Assembly: GCA_024137785.1 (NCBI GenBank)
Contig: JAHRHZ010000067.1
Location: 5,130,168 to 5,194,167, forward strand
Reading direction: 5' to 3'
Origin: Ginglymostoma cirratum
Taxonomy: Eukaryota
Length of the DNA: 64,000 bases
Shown piece after piece: positions 25,527 to 38,902 of this stretch. Positions within the stretch are counted from its first letter, which is position 1; every line of letters begins with the position of its first letter. The notes beneath the pieces are model-generated. The model worked only from the letters and a program-made list of their open reading frames with translations. It searched no databases and had not been told where the DNA came from. Made by a program: the position numbers and the translations under genes.

Positions 25527-27074
25527 GTAACTCTCTATTTTTCTGTTTTGAAGCCAGTTAAGTGGTGTTCTCATGGATTATTGTTTACAATTTGTTATTT
25601 TCAAAAATGTCAAGATTTCCAAAACACTTTGTGTAATTTTCTTCCTGGGTACATCTACGGTGCTTATTGAAAGAGGATGGAATGGTCCTTCGGCAAGTAC
25701 TCCAGTGCAGCAGCTCCTGTGACCTGGCAGTCTATTTGAGGTGTGCAGGAAATGTTCACTTGAAAATAAAAACAGAGTACTACGGAAACTGGAGATCAGA
25801 AATGAAAAGTGTTGGGGAAACTCTCTCTGGCAGCAGCTGTGGAAAGAAAGAATTAACATTGAGTCCAATATGATTTGCTTTGGAACTGAAAGATAGCTTT
25901 GGTATTTGTTCCACTTGCTCCTTCCTCCTTCTCTTTGCAATCATAAAACCTACCATTTTGCATCCCCTTCAGTTCCGTCATTGGACTCAACATTAACTGA
26001 GTTTCTCCAGACCTGCCTTTCTTCACTTTTATTAAAGGCCCACCTTTAGCCTTCACATTCAAGTCAAGATGAATATTACATGTCCAAAAATCTCGTGAGC
26101 ACCTTTTGTTCGGTAGGAACCGGAATTACTTGCTTTGCTTTTTTTGACTAATAATGTACTTCCTGTTTGAGGGGAGAAAAAATAGACAAAGTTGCATACC
26201 TTTAAATTGGTTTTGTGAGCAATGTTAGTCCAAATTGTTTTGTTAATAGCTTTGTATAGTCGGGGGTAAGACTTTATAGACACAGTCTAAACAAACATGT
26301 GACTTGCAATTGCAATGGTGATATGTTTGGTGGAGCAATCTTGAGTTTTAAATGAGAAGGAGAATAAAACAACTGGATACAATTGTGAATTCGTAGTTAA
26401 GTGACATTTTGAGATTTACTTTTTCCTGACTCCAAAGCCCTAAAGATTTTATTGAGGTGAGAGTGATTTGAGAAAGGAGAGAAAATGAACTGTTGTGAAT
26501 GTCTTTCACCAGCCTAAATTGCATAAAGGAGAAAGGAAAGAATGTATGTTTGTGTAAGACGAAGAATAGTGTTAAGCACTGCACTGCCCAATAAAGTCAG
26601 AATATTTTTTGAATTTGTTTTCGCATTTGCAGTTGTGGTCTATGTCTTGTCTTTTGGACATTTTGGACAGATGTTTTGCATTTGGACATTTTTGTTTTAG
26701 TTTCCATACTGTTAAGAGAGCTACTCAGCTGGCATTAGTTCTTAGAACATTAGTGTGTGAACTGAAAAGTTGTAATTTCTGCTTTGAATGGCTTTGTCCT
26801 TGACTAGCTTTGTAATTTCCTCAATTGCCATAGGATGGAAACAATAACTCATCCATGTGGGTGTCTGGAATAAAGGACATAATCTTTAAACTTAGAGCAA
26901 TGCTGTTGTGAAATTATGTCAGAAAGTGTTTCTTCACTCAGTTCTAGAAATCTGTTGAGGCTAAGTCAATTGAAACTTCTTAGCCTGAGATTTAGGTTAT
27001 AGTTAAGAATGTATAAAATCTAAAATAAAACAGAATAGCAAAGTTGCCCATTAATGGTAGACAGGTTAGTAAGG

Positions 27075-28195
27075 TTGGATCACACAGGATCCAGCCAGTT
27101 GGATATAAAATTGGATTGAAGGTAGGAGACAGAGGGTGGTGGCAGTGGGTTGCTTTTTGGACTGGAGGCCTGTGACCAGCAATATGCCACAAGGTTCATA
27201 CCTGGGCCTGCTGCTTTTTGTCACTTATATAAATGATTTGAATGTGATTTGTAGGAGGCTTGGTTAGTACATTTGCAGATGACACCAAAATAGGCAGCGT
27301 AGTCAATAGTGAAGAAGGTTTTCTCAGAGTACAACAGGACCTTGATCAGATGGGCCAATGGGCCGAGGAGTGACACATGGGGTTTAACTTGGATAAATGT
27401 GAGGTGTTGCATTTTGGTAAAGAAAACCAGGGCAGGACTGGAACACTTAATAGTTGGGCCTTGGTGGTAGTTGCTGAACAAATAGATCTAGTTCCTCGAA
27501 AGTGGAGTCACAGGTACACAGGATGGTGAGGAAGGAATTTGGCTCACTTGCCTTCATTGATAAGAACAATTGAGTATATGAATTGGGATATCATGTAATA
27601 AATAAAGGACATTGGTGAGGCCACTGCTAGAATACTGCATACTATTCTGATTGCCCTTCTGTAGGAAAGATGTTGTTAAACTTGAGAAGGTGCAGAAAAG
27701 ATTTACAAGGATGAGAGTGTGCTTTTGCAGAAAAGGATTTTGCTGGGACTGGAGGGTTGAGTTATAGGGAAAGGCTGAATAGGCTAGCGCTTTCTTCCAC
27801 AGAGCATCGGAGCCTGAGGGTGACCTTTATAGAGGTTTACAAAATCATGAGCCTGGACAGGGTGAATAGCCAAGGGTCTTTTTCTTAGGACTGGGGAGTC
27901 CAGAACAAGAGGGCATTGGTTTAAGGTGAGAAGGAAAGATTTAAAAGGGACCTAAGGGCTAACTTTTTCACGCACAGGGTGATGCATATATGGAACGAAC
28001 TGCCTGTGGAAGTGGTGGAAACTGGTACAGTTACAACATTTAAAAGACATCTGGATGGATATATGAATAGGAAGGGTTTAAGAGGGATATAGGCCAAATG
28101 CTGGCAAATGGGACTAGATCAGATTGGGATGTCTCGTTGGCATGAACAAGTTGGACTGAAGGGTCTGTTTCTGTGCTGTATGACTCATTGACTCT
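27075..28195 (+). mobile_element. CR1/HER1 LINE ORF2 3' fragment
   Basis: YINDL...FADDTKIG, FNLDKCEVLHFG, LVRPLLEYC motifs; tail ggactgaagggtctgtttctgtgctgtatgactc shared with the HE1 tail. Confidence 0.9.
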
Positions 28196-28259
28196 ACATC
28201 TGTGCAGCCACTTTTGAAAAGCCCAGCTCTTATTTTTCACTTGTAACTCCACAATTTTC

Positions 28260-28730
28260 TTCTTCTTCTAGTATTTATGCAACTCCATCTGAAGGCTGCT
28301 GTTGAATCTGTATTTTCCACTTTCTTAGCGCACTCCGAACATTAACCAATGTGTAAAGTTTTTTGCATGTTTCCTTTGCGTCTCTTACAATCATGTTAAG
28401 TCTGTGCTGTCTGATTATCAGCCCTTCAATCTTTAGGAACCATTTTGTCCAAACTTTATCCAAGCCCTTCATGATTTTAAACACTTCTATCAATTCTCCA
28501 TTCAGGCTTTTCTGTTGTCAGGAGAACAGCACAATCTTCAGTTCATCCATATGACTTGTAATGGCTGGAACAGTTCTTGCAAATTCTCTCCAAAGCCTTT
28601 AAAACCTTCCTAAAGTGTGGTGCTCGGATTTAGCTGTAATACTTTAGCTGGGGCAAAATTATTTCATATGCTGAGCATTGTTTCCTAGTACTCTAAACCT
28701 CTTTTTATAAAGCCCAAGATCCTGTTTTCT
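28260..28730 (-). mobile_element. CR1-type LINE fragment
   Basis: Antisense ORF IEVFKIMKGLDKV (CR1 C-terminal motif). Confidence 0.65.
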
Positions 28731-28734
28731 TAAT

Positions 28735-29100
28735 TCTTTCATTGGATGTTGGCGTTGATTGCTGGTGACTGTTGCCAATCCCTACGTGTTGTTGAACTGA
28801 ATGTCTTGCTAGGTCACTTGAGGACAGTCAAGAGTCAACCACATAGCTGTGGTTTAGGGCCATTATCGGCCAGAGGCAGTGAGGAAGACAGATTTCTACC
28901 TCTGAAGGCCTTTTGTGAGCCATTTAACAACAGTTGATGGTGTTTTCGTAGCAACATTACCAACATTAGCTTTATATTAGAGATTTATTGTTCATTGACT
29001 TTAAATTCCAGTTGGTGTAGTGAGTTTTGAACCACTGTCCCCAGAGCATTAATCTGGGCCTCTGGATTACGGGTCCAGTGATATTTCCTCTGTGCCACCA
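28735..29100 (-). mobile_element. Shark tRNA-derived SINE (LF-SINE-like core)
   Basis: Antisense of the family at 13490. Confidence 0.6.
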
Positions 29101-30241
29101 CCTGTTTGTTCATCTGTCCTTCCCCCTTTAAAAGATTTATGCTTAAGCACCCAGGTCTTTCTGTTCCTAAAACATTTAAAACTTCTTAGCATGCATTCTC
29201 TCTCTTCAATCTTCCAAAAAACATAGGTCACTGTAATTTTTCAGTGTTCAATTTCATCTGATATGTATTTGTGTGTAGTGATAATTGGCTGTATTCGATT
29301 TGCTCTGTAAATTGATAATTACAGAAAGGAAGAGGGTAGATTGGATGGGCCAGACATAACAGCCATAACATAATTGAATGGCAATACATGCTCAGGGCTC
29401 AGAATAACTTACTCCCATCCCTACACACTTAACGTGGTGGCACTGAGTGAGTGTCCCACATCTGACTTGAAAAAGTGCCAAAGTAGTGTGGCGTCCCAAA
29501 ATGACACACAATTTCTTTAAGAAAGAAAGATCTGTTTCAAAGAAGAGCCATTGGACTCAATGTTAATTCTATTTCTCTCATCACAGATGCTGCCATACCT
29601 CCTGAGCTTTTTGAGCACTTTCTTTTTTCATTTTTAATCATGGAGTCTTGCTGCTCACAGGGTTCTGCCAGTGCTACTCTAATCAGCCCCGAGGACTAAC
29701 CTCATTTTCCATTTTATTATTTCTGTCTGTCAAAATACGTCCTGTTGACGTGCTCTGTTTCTCCCTGACAAAGCAATTTAGATGAGGAGCTGGCCTTGAG
29801 GGAACATTGCAAGCATAGAACTGTATTGTCATTTGTCATAATGCAAAATTGATGCTTTAAGTGCCCACCTGTGCCTTGTCTTTTAAATACTGTGCAATGG
29901 ATATGCAGAAAATGTATTGATCAAGGATTTTTGCATGCACAGTACTGTACATGAAAGTGCAGAGTCCTGAAGAATTGGTGGAAGTAATGGAAGGATTTGT
30001 TTTTGCCCCATTGGCCAAGTTCTGAAGAATATCTATGGAGTATATTGTCATTTCTGGAGCTAAATTTTATGTCCAAGGTATAAATGAATTGCCTTAAAGA
30101 AATGAAATGATTGGATTATTCAGTGGGTCAGACTGTTAAATATTCTGACATTTCTAATTAGTCAATATTTCAATTTGAAAGGAAAGCTGTTATTATAATT
30201 TAAGAAAATGAAATGTTGATGTCTGATTTGTATCCTTCTAG

Positions 30242-30413
30242 ACCTGTGATGCAGCTTTTGCCACCAAAGACCGTCTGCGTTCACACATGATACGCCATGA
30301 GGGGAAGGTGTCCTGCCACATCTGTGGTAAACTGCTGAGTGCAGCTTACATCTCCAACCACATCAAAATGCATAATCACAACCAAAACCACAACTGCAAT
30401 GTTTGTAACAAAG
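30242..30413 (+). CDS. VEZF1: VEZF1-like coding exon 4 (ZF5, ZF6, first half of ZF7)
   Basis: TCDAAFATKDRLRSHMIRHEGKVSCHICGKLLSAAYISNHIKMHNHNQNHNCNVCNK; AG acceptor, AAG|GTATGG donor, phase 1. Confidence 0.95.
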
Positions 30414-33084
30414 GTATGGTTTTCTTTTTGCAGAATTTCAGTACAACTTTAAATGCATATGTGGTCTAATTAGTAACATACGAGTATTAAAAAAATGTGA
30501 AAAACAATTTGGGCTACATTGATTTCCCTGTTTGTTAAATTGAGCAGAAGATTTCTGTACTATAGGAAAGCTTTCATCACGTGTTTTCTCAGTTAATCAA
30601 CCTATTAAACCGTAGCAGTTTAAATTGAGAAAAGCTAAAACATTACCCATATTTGCAGCTGTAATGGAGGTGCTTCTTTAAACAAATTGAGCTCCAATAA
30701 ACTCTCACTAATTGATACAGAAAACTTTTTAATCAATCACTATACCAATTGAATATTTGAGATATTTATAATCAAACTGTTAAGCTGTTTTATGGCCTGT
30801 CACTGGAGTAGGTGGAACTTAAACCTGGGCCTTCTGGCTCAGAAGTAAGAACGCTACCTGTGCACCATTGGAAGTCCCAATAAAACTCCATGAACCTGAC
30901 ATGATTTGATGTGCAACTTTCTGATCTGGAGTCAGAAAATGCTACCCTTGTGCCACAAGCTCGGCCAACTGAATATTTTACTCTGTCTTACAAGTATAAT
31001 TCAGGAAGATGTGAAACGAAGTTTGGAGAGAAACAATATAAACTTGTTTCTTCTAAGATTGCCACTTATGACATCAGTAATTAGTTTTACTATCCACCAG
31101 TTTCCTGGCATCTTTCAGTCAGGTGTTAGTAAAATGGAAAACATTTGGAATAGATTTAATTAGCAGTGGAGGCAGTTTCTTTTTTATGCAGTAAGTTGAG
31201 TAGAACTAGAAAAACAATCCTTCTCTTCCTTCCTTGCCCACCCTCTGCAAAACAGATTCTAATTTGCTGATACGAGCAATAGACTGCTTAGCTGGTGACA
31301 TGAAAGTTTCAGTTTGGAAACCTGTTGCTGCTTCTCAGTTAAACAATGCAAGTGTTGTTTTTGCCAAACAATTTTACTTCCTTCTTTGAGAAGAAACACT
31401 GACAATGCCCAAGTTGTTTGTGCTTGAATTGTGTTCTTTGCTGACTTGGTTTAAAAATTTAAATATTCTGATGATTGAAATCCGAACCAAAGCATCTTTT
31501 CTCTTAACATGAATGATCAGTAGTGAGCATTAGGAGAGGTGTTTTTTAAATAAATAAAGTCTCTTCTCTGTCCCTGTCCCATATACCTATTAAGTTTCTC
31601 TTGCAATTTCAAGTGTAAAAGTCCTGTCCGCAGAATCATTCTTTACTGGTACTGCACCTGGCAGGTTAAGATATGTTAGCAGCTAGCAGAGCCTAGTGCT
31701 TAAACGAATCGTCTGATGTTATGAAATCATGCAAATCAAGAAATTCCTAAGTTATTTCTGTTCTCACTGCTGAATTAGCTAACCATACGTTTAATTTTGT
31801 AGGTCTTAATGTGTACTAAAACTAGGGAAGAAGAAAGAAAAATGTATTAGTCAGCATTCCTGCTCTTGATAGATATTCAGTGTGCTGCTCTGTAAAGTTT
31901 GCAAGTATGTACCCATCACAGTTTGATAACCTGTCCCTATTCACTTCTCTGCCCTAAAGTATGAAGAATGGCAACTTGAAGGGAAGACTGGAGAGTTATT
32001 GAGGGAACCAAATTTCCTCCCTCATGCTGACTCTTTGATCAGATGGTACTTGTCTTAAAATCTCAATCACTCCGTCTCTAATGAATTATACTCACTTCCC
32101 TAATACCAATGTAAAACTGACGGATCTCTCTTGCTCTAGTTTACTTCTCCTCCAATCCTAAATAACGGAGGAATTTTCCAATCAAAACTAGGAAGATTTG
32201 GAACATTATTACAAATACAATTTAAATTTTCTCACCTAAAATCATCAGGCCTTAACACTTATCAAATGAGTCTCATTCCTCCATTATAATTATTTTTAAC
32301 CTGTTTTAAGTCCACAAAGGGCTTAATTTATTTATTTTGTTCCTTTGCATGTATTATTACTGGTGCATTCAGATCCCAGTTATGGGATTGTTCCCCCTTT
32401 TGGTAATGCCCCTTAAGTTATTAAGTTGTAATTTGCAGATTATTTTTTTCAAGCTTCTGCCTTATTCGCCACAGATGGCATTAACTTTTATTAGGGTATA
32501 ATTCCGCGCATACCATCTGACATATTTTCCAAATGGTCATTCTTCTTCTATGAACTTGGAAGTTCAGTGCCTTAGTAGGCTGCTAAGTTGTGCCAGACAT
32601 TGCACTTGAGCCCAATTCTATCTCCTCCTGGCATCTTGACAGTCAACTGTTGATCAAGAGTGGGATTGCTAGCCATTTTTCTCTCCAACCCTCCCCAGTT
32701 TCCTAGTTCAGGATCAATAAATTTTGATGTAGCGTGCAATTGTTGCATGACCGTTGTAAATGCTTTCCTAAAAAAAGGTTATCGTGGATTCCATTTTAAA
32801 TCAAAATGATTGTGCTGCTGTATTGTACAATTTAATGAAGGAAATATTTGGTAATAGCTGATGATGCTTTTTTTATTGCAACCAATTGAATAAGGATTCT
32901 AAAGAATGTTGCACATAATTTTGTATTTCAGATTGCAATATAAGGTTCATTGATGTAATCTTTAAATGTCTTGTGATGAAGAGTGTTAAATTTGATTTTT
33001 GTCTGAACAGAGTCAATCAGACTTTTAATGTCCCAGAGGTGTTTGTGCTTATCTTTATCACCTGAAATCCCTATTTTTGTGTAG

Positions 33085-33279
33085 GTTTTACCACCGCTGC
33101 CTACCTTCGGGTCCATGCTCGAAATCACCATGGTGTCCATTACAAGTCTCAAAGATTTGTGTGTGATCAGTGCGGCCTGCAGTGTCAGTCCCACAACCAT
33201 CTGATAGGCCACAAGAAAAGTCACATGGGAGAGACCCCAACTTCCAGTGCCCCCTCTGTGGCAGCAGTGGCTTTAAAAG
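33085..33279 (+). CDS. VEZF1: Coding exon 5 (cassette; completes ZF7, adds ZF8), GC donor
   Basis: GFTTAAYLRVHARNHH...FVCDQCGLQCQSHNHLIGHKKSH; TAG acceptor at 33082-84; AAG|GCAAGC donor gives 195 nt, phase 1-1. The 3' boundary is inferred. Confidence 0.8.
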
Positions 33280-34934
33280 GCAAGCAACTCCTTAACCTGC
33301 ACCTGGAGAATGCTCCACTCCTACCAGGTCATTTTGTAGCTAAAGTCTTCCCCTTCTATTGGGATTCTTGCATTTTGAGGATACTGTGGAGTTGGGAATA
33401 GCGGGGTGGAGGGGAGGTGGTGTATGGTAGTTTAAGTTTATGTATGTAATTAGAGGTACAGGTCTTAAGACAACCACTTTCTAAAGACGGAATTTCATTT
33501 TGACATAATGAGAACAATAACAGATCTGAACCACAGTACATTTTCTGGATCTATAGACAAGTTTTAAAATCATTTGTTTAATCATTGTAAATATCAAAAC
33601 CGCTTAAGCTTCATATTCCTTTCTAATTCCAAAAGGATTGCGTTGCAGAGTTTATTTTAAATCTCAAATGATCCATCGTCTCTTTGAGGTAAACTTCCAA
33701 TTTATGAAAATAATCCTCCAGTTATATGGAGCATTAACTTCAGAATTGAGAGATTTGATACCCTGTATCTCAGATTTGGTATTAACCCTTTACAGTCTTG
33801 AACTTAAAGTAATATACAATCTTGTTGACCTCTTGGGTGATAACTGGTGATTTGCTTAAAAGCAGCACTATTTCAAGCTATTGAAAACTCAACAGAAAAG
33901 CGCTTCCACTGAAAAATTGATCTCTTTCTGCCTTTGCATTGAGGGCACAGAAATGGTATTGTTTAAAGTTAATTTTTTGTGCTGACCACCAACAAGAACT
34001 GAGTAAAGCCCTTTTTATATACTTAGTTGATAATATTACCCTTCAGTCAGTGATTGACTCAGAGGATCCTTGTCTTCAGTAAGCTATCGACTATATAAGG
34101 ATCAATGTCATTGCATTCTTGAAAACTTCTCTAAAGCAATTAGTTGACTATTATTACCATGTGCCATACTTCAATAAACAATATACACTGAGACTAGTAC
34201 ACTACAGAATGAGTGCTGCTACAGTTGTCGGTCTCTTCGATGAGCTGTCATTCTAAGATTACTTGTTCAAGTGGAATATTTTATATAAAACCATAAGACA
34301 ATATTCAGATAGGAGATCTCCAGGTGTCAGCATTTCTCTTCCAACTCTCTCTCAAACTGTCATCTTTCATGTATTTGAGTTTATGGGGTTTTGCTGTCTG
34401 CTAATTATTTGCCACATTTTCTTGCATGGAAGTGGGTATACTTCAAAAATAATCTTGTAAAGTTATTTGGGGTTTTCTGAATTATTTCTTCTTTCATTGT
34501 TACTGATTTTAATCTTAAATAACCATTTTAAAATAAGTTCTAGTAACTAAAGAATGTTGGTTCATATTGAACTTCTGAAATTGTCTGCCTGTATCGAGAT
34601 GATCAGTCAAGCATGGTTCAGTTGTTAGCACTAAACTCTGCATTCTAAGGTTAGGGAATCAACTCCCACTTTAGGACTTGTTCATATAATTTAGGTTGAT
34701 CTTTTTGAGGGAGCAATTGTATTGTGGTACTAACGTTCTTTGTGCAGTGTATTACCAAGTCCCTTACTCCATGTATCGGAGTATGTTTTCCATCACAGTA
34801 TTCAAATGTGAAAGTCTTGCTTTGTGTACTGCTGATAAAACTGATCAATTCTCCCATTACCTATGGTAGAATCTTGCTCTGTGTGAAATGACTAATTAGC
34901 TTTGTATAAATAATAACTCCGTTTTGAGAGTACA

Positions 34935-35233
34935 TTTGAACATAAAAATGCCATTGGGCAATGAGATGGTCAATTACTCTTCTCATTTTCCTTGTGGTGT
35001 CTTACCAATCTCTGCTATCCTAATTGAGAAATACTGAGAGGAAAAGTTTGCCCCACACTCAGTCAGTTGTCTTGGACTTAAAGGCTACTGCGAAGTCTGG
35101 GGTAGTGTGGCTATTGAGATTGTGGTCAAAATTGTCATCTTGGTTTAATATTTTGTCTGATAGGACTGAATATAGCATTAGATTTTTACACTGTGCTTTC
35201 ACTTCTGGGCATTGAATTTGGAATCCACCCTGG
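34935..35233 (+). repeat. ~300-bp direct repeat, copy 1
   Basis: Roughly 90% identical (by eye) to 38903-39209. Confidence 0.9.
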
Positions 35234-35950
35234 GTTCTGAGAACTAGAATGAGGTGCTATGTAAGTTCTTTCACAACCAGTAATGTTAGACTTCCTTGGG
35301 CCTGGTGCTAGTAATTAGTTGTTTTGACCCAGATGAGCGATTTTTGTTATTTCTTAAGTTGAGAGGCTGAGATTTTAAAGTGACACAGTTGAATATTGTC
35401 ATCTTGGTTGGCCTTTAACAGTGAATATTTTGGTTTAAAGCTCAAAGCTGCAAGTATCCTTAATTTTTCAGATCCAGAGCTGGAAAATCTTTCCATTCTT
35501 AAAGATGCATTTAAAATAGAGATGCTGTAACGTCTCTGAAGCATCTGCTATAAGATTATAACTCTGAAAACTTGGTAAGAATGTAATTGGCTTTGGGTGT
35601 TACACTTCTGTTCGTGAATAGCGTGCTACACCACTCTGACAAAGTATGACCACTTGAGTAAAGAACTGAGAAATGGCCATTCAGTAAAGACAAGATGCTT
35701 TTCAAGAAAGATTAAAAGAAGAGTAATAAAAGTTGGTCGCAACCAAGTGATTTAAATTCACTTTTGGGGAGACGCAGTCTTTATGTCTGTTCCTTTTGTG
35801 TATCAAACTCAAGAACTATCTAATGCCTTCAGCATTTCGCTTAACAGTTCCGTAAAGCCCATCAGGGAAAGGAAACTACAATCTTTAGAGATGACAAGCA
35901 TGGGGCTGGATGAACACAGCAGGTCAAGCAGCATCATAGGAGCAGGAAAA

Positions 35951-35984
35951 CTTGACGTTTCAGGCCTAAACCCTTCATCAGAAA
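35951..35984 (-). ncRNA. Minimal type-I hammerhead ribozyme motif in the Penelope pLTR
   Basis: - strand reads tttCTGATGAagggtttaggcctGAAACGTCaag. Confidence 0.6.
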
Positions 35985-36236
35985 TGGGGGAGGGGAAGAG
36001 GGTTCTGAAATAAATAGGGAGAGAGGGGGAGGCGGATAGAGGATGGATAGAGGAGAGGATAGGTGGAGAGGAGACAGACAAGTCGAAGAGGCGGGGATGG
36101 AGCCAGTAAAGGTGAGTGTAGGTAGGGGGTTAGGGAGGAGATAGGTCAGTCCAGGGAGGACGGACAGGTCAAGGGGGCGGGATGATGTTAGTAGATAGGA
36201 GATGGGGGTGTGGCTTGGGGTGAGAGGAAAAACAGG

Positions 36237-37463
36237 TTAGGGAGGAGGAGATGAGCTGGGCTGGTTTTGGGATGCGGTTGGGGGAGGGGAGATTTTGAAG
36301 CTTGTGAAATCCACATTGATGCCATTGGGCTGCAGGGTTCCCAGGCTGAATATGATTTGCTGTTCCTGCAGCCTTCGGGTGGCATCACTGTGGCATTGTA
36401 GGAGGCCAAGGATGGACATGTCATCTGAGGAATGGGAGGGGGAGTTGAAATGGTTCGCGACTGGGAGGTGCAGTTGTTTGTTGCGAACTGAGCGCAGGTG
36501 TTCTGCAAAGCGGTCCCCAAGCCTCCGCTTGGTTTCCCCGATGTAGAGGAAGCCACAACGGGTGCAGCGGATGCAGTATACCACATTGGCAGATGTGCAG
36601 GTGAACCTCTGCCTGATGTGGAATGTCTTCTTGGGGCCTGGGATTGGGGTGAGGGAGGAGGTGTGGGGGCAGGTGTAGCACTTCCTGCGGTTACAAGGAA
36701 AAGTGCCGGGTGTGGTGGGGCTGGAGGGGAGTGTGGCGCGGACAAGGGAGTCGCGGAGGGAGTGGTCCCTCCGGAAGGCAGATAAGGGTGGGGAGGGAAA
36801 GATGTCTTTGGTGGTGGGGTCTGACTGTAGATGGCGGAAGTGTCGGAGGATGATGCGTTGGATCCGGAGGTTGGTGGGGTGGTATGTGAGGACGAGGGGG
36901 ATTCTTTTTTGATTATTGTTGCGGGGACGGGGCGTGAGGGATGTGTTCCGGGAAATGCGGGAGACACGGTCGAGGGCGTTCTCGACCACTGTGGGGGGGA
37001 AGTTGCGGTCCTTGAAGAATGAGGACATTTGAGATGTGCGGGATTGGAATGTCTCATCCTGGGAACAGATGCGGCGGAGGCGAAGGAATTGGGAATAGGG
37101 GATGGCATTTTTGCAGGAGGGTGGGTGGGAGGAGGTGTATTCCAGGTAGCTGTGGGAGTCAGTGGGCTTGAAATGGACATCTGTCTCTAGGTGGTTGCCC
37201 GAGATGGAGACAGAGAGGTCCAGGAAGGAGAGAGAAGTGTTAGAGATGGTCCAGGTGAACTTCAGGTTGGGGTGGAAAGTGTTGGTGAATTGGATGAACT
37301 GTTCGAGCTCCTCGTGGGAGCACGAGGCGGCGCCGATGCAGTCATCAATGTAACGGAGGAAGAGGTGGGGTTTAGGGCCAGTGTAGGTGCGGAAGAGGGA
37401 TTGTTCCACATAACCTACAAAGAGGCAGGCATAGCTTGGGCCCATGCGGGTACCCATGGCCAC
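36237..37463 (-). CDS. Penelope RT/GIY-YIG polyprotein, C-terminal part
   Basis: ORF track 408 aa without stops; YIDD and GIY-YIG motifs. Confidence 0.85.
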   Translation of the reverse strand: MAMGTRMGPSYACLFVGYVEQSLFRTYTGPKPHLFLRYIDDCIGAASCSHEELEQFIQFTNTFHPNLKFTWTISNTSLSFLDLSVSISGNHLETDVHFKPTDSHSYLEYTSSHPPSCKNAIPYSQFLRLRRICSQDETFQSRTSQMSSFFKDRNFPPTVVENALDRVSRISRNTSLTPRPRNNNQKRIPLVLTYHPTNLRIQRIILRHFRHLQSDPTTKDIFPSPPLSAFRRDHSLRDSLVRATLPSSPTTPGTFPCNRRKCYTCPHTSSLTPIPGPKKTFHIRQRFTCTSANVVYCIRCTRCGFLYIGETKRRLGDRFAEHLRSVRNKQLHLPVANHFNSPSHSSDDMSILGLLQCHSDATRRLQEQQIIFSLGTLQPNGINVDFTSFKISPPPTASQNQPSSSPPP

Positions 37464-38902
37464 CCCCTTTGTCTGTAGGAAGTGGGAGGAATTGAAAGAA
37501 AAGTTGTTGAGGGTGAGGACGAGATCTGACCTGTCTGTAACTGCAAAACCTCAGCAATGAGTTTGTCCCTTAATTGTCCTTTGAAACAGCTTAGCAAGCC
37601 ACTCAGTTTTATTAAGATCGCTGTGACAATAGCAGTAATTCATGAAGGTAGCACACCAACACCATGAGAGCAGTTGGAGGTTGGCAGTATATCTTAGCCA
37701 TGCCAATGAAAACCATATCCCATGTGTGATCGAATAACAAAAATTAAACATCTCCTAATCCAGTGTTTTTCATATTCTGTTAGAAATTTTGAAGAAGGAA
37801 ACAGATGTTGGCATCTCTTCTGATTGCATTGGTATTAATGTCAATACCATCTTTGCTGTCTGCACTTGAAAACTCAAATATCAGAGAGCTCAGTAATTAA
37901 AACTAGCACATGATCTCCGTGATTTGTAAAAGAGTCTGTGTGACTGATTTGGGACTCTCCAAAGTGTATATCAATGGAATAATAAATCCACGGTGTTGTC
38001 CGATGTGTGGTACCTTGCTCAAATCGTAATTTGTCATTTGTGAGACTAACTCCTGCACACTGGGCTATTCCACAGTTCTCACAGCCTTTCTGAGTAGAAC
38101 CTGGGCTGACATACTGTCCGCAGTTCTTGACAATAGGGTCTATTGTGATATTTCATCATCCTACACATCCTTAACCTTTTCCTACTGAGAATTGTGTTTA
38201 ACATTGTTTCACGGAATTATGGAATTCTGTAGCAGTCCGGGAAGTCATTCATCCAATGACCCCTATTTTAGTTCTCTGAAAATACGCCCGTTTAGCTCCA
38301 TTTACCTGTCCTGCCGCCAATGCCTTTTTACCCTGTCAATTTTCAAACTTCCAATGACTACTGTCCACTTTTTAAAAGCTTTGAATTCTATTATTACCAA
38401 TTTCATGTTCTAAAATTTCTCCCATCTTCACCTTTAATTCTTTCTTAGGAGATCTTCAAATTATACTTCTTTGTTACCACTCGCTGTGAATGGAAATCAT
38501 TTTTCCCTAATTACTAAATCCTCTTAATCTTGCTGCTTTCTTTTTATCATAACCATAAACTCTTACCCCGATGTCATCTTATCAATGCTTTCTACAGTCG
38601 TGACATTTTAATTCCAAGTAGAATGCCCCCAAAATTAACCCTTGTACCAATTGTAGCCCAAATGGTGACTTTTGTTAGATTCAACTTCACGTCTTTGAAT
38701 TTGATGCTTCTGTTTATAAAGGATGTGATCTTGTGCTTTTCACATTATGAATGGAACTCCTTTTACTTGTATAACTATACCTAATCTTTAAATAAACGCA
38801 TATCACATTCCTTAAGTACCATCTGCTGTTATTATGCACTATTAGCATACATTTGTGTTAAGATTTGAATAGCCAACGGTGTTAATGTGCAGTATATTTG
38901 AG

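Larger units (their letters stand above)
35888..37525 (-). mobile_element. 5'-truncated Penelope-like retroelement (RT C-terminal part + GIY-YIG endonuclease + pLTR)
   Basis: 408-aa uninterrupted ORF 36237-37463: GVAMGTRMGPSYA, LRYIDD, FLDL, NVVYCIRC..C...YIGET.R.L..RF.EH; pLTR with hammerhead at 35888-36236. Confidence 0.95.

Noticed and set aside
36188-37180. 330-aa Pro/Ser/Thr-rich ORF and several + strand ORFs
   Set aside because: Alternative-frame or antisense shadows of the C-rich Penelope ORF.
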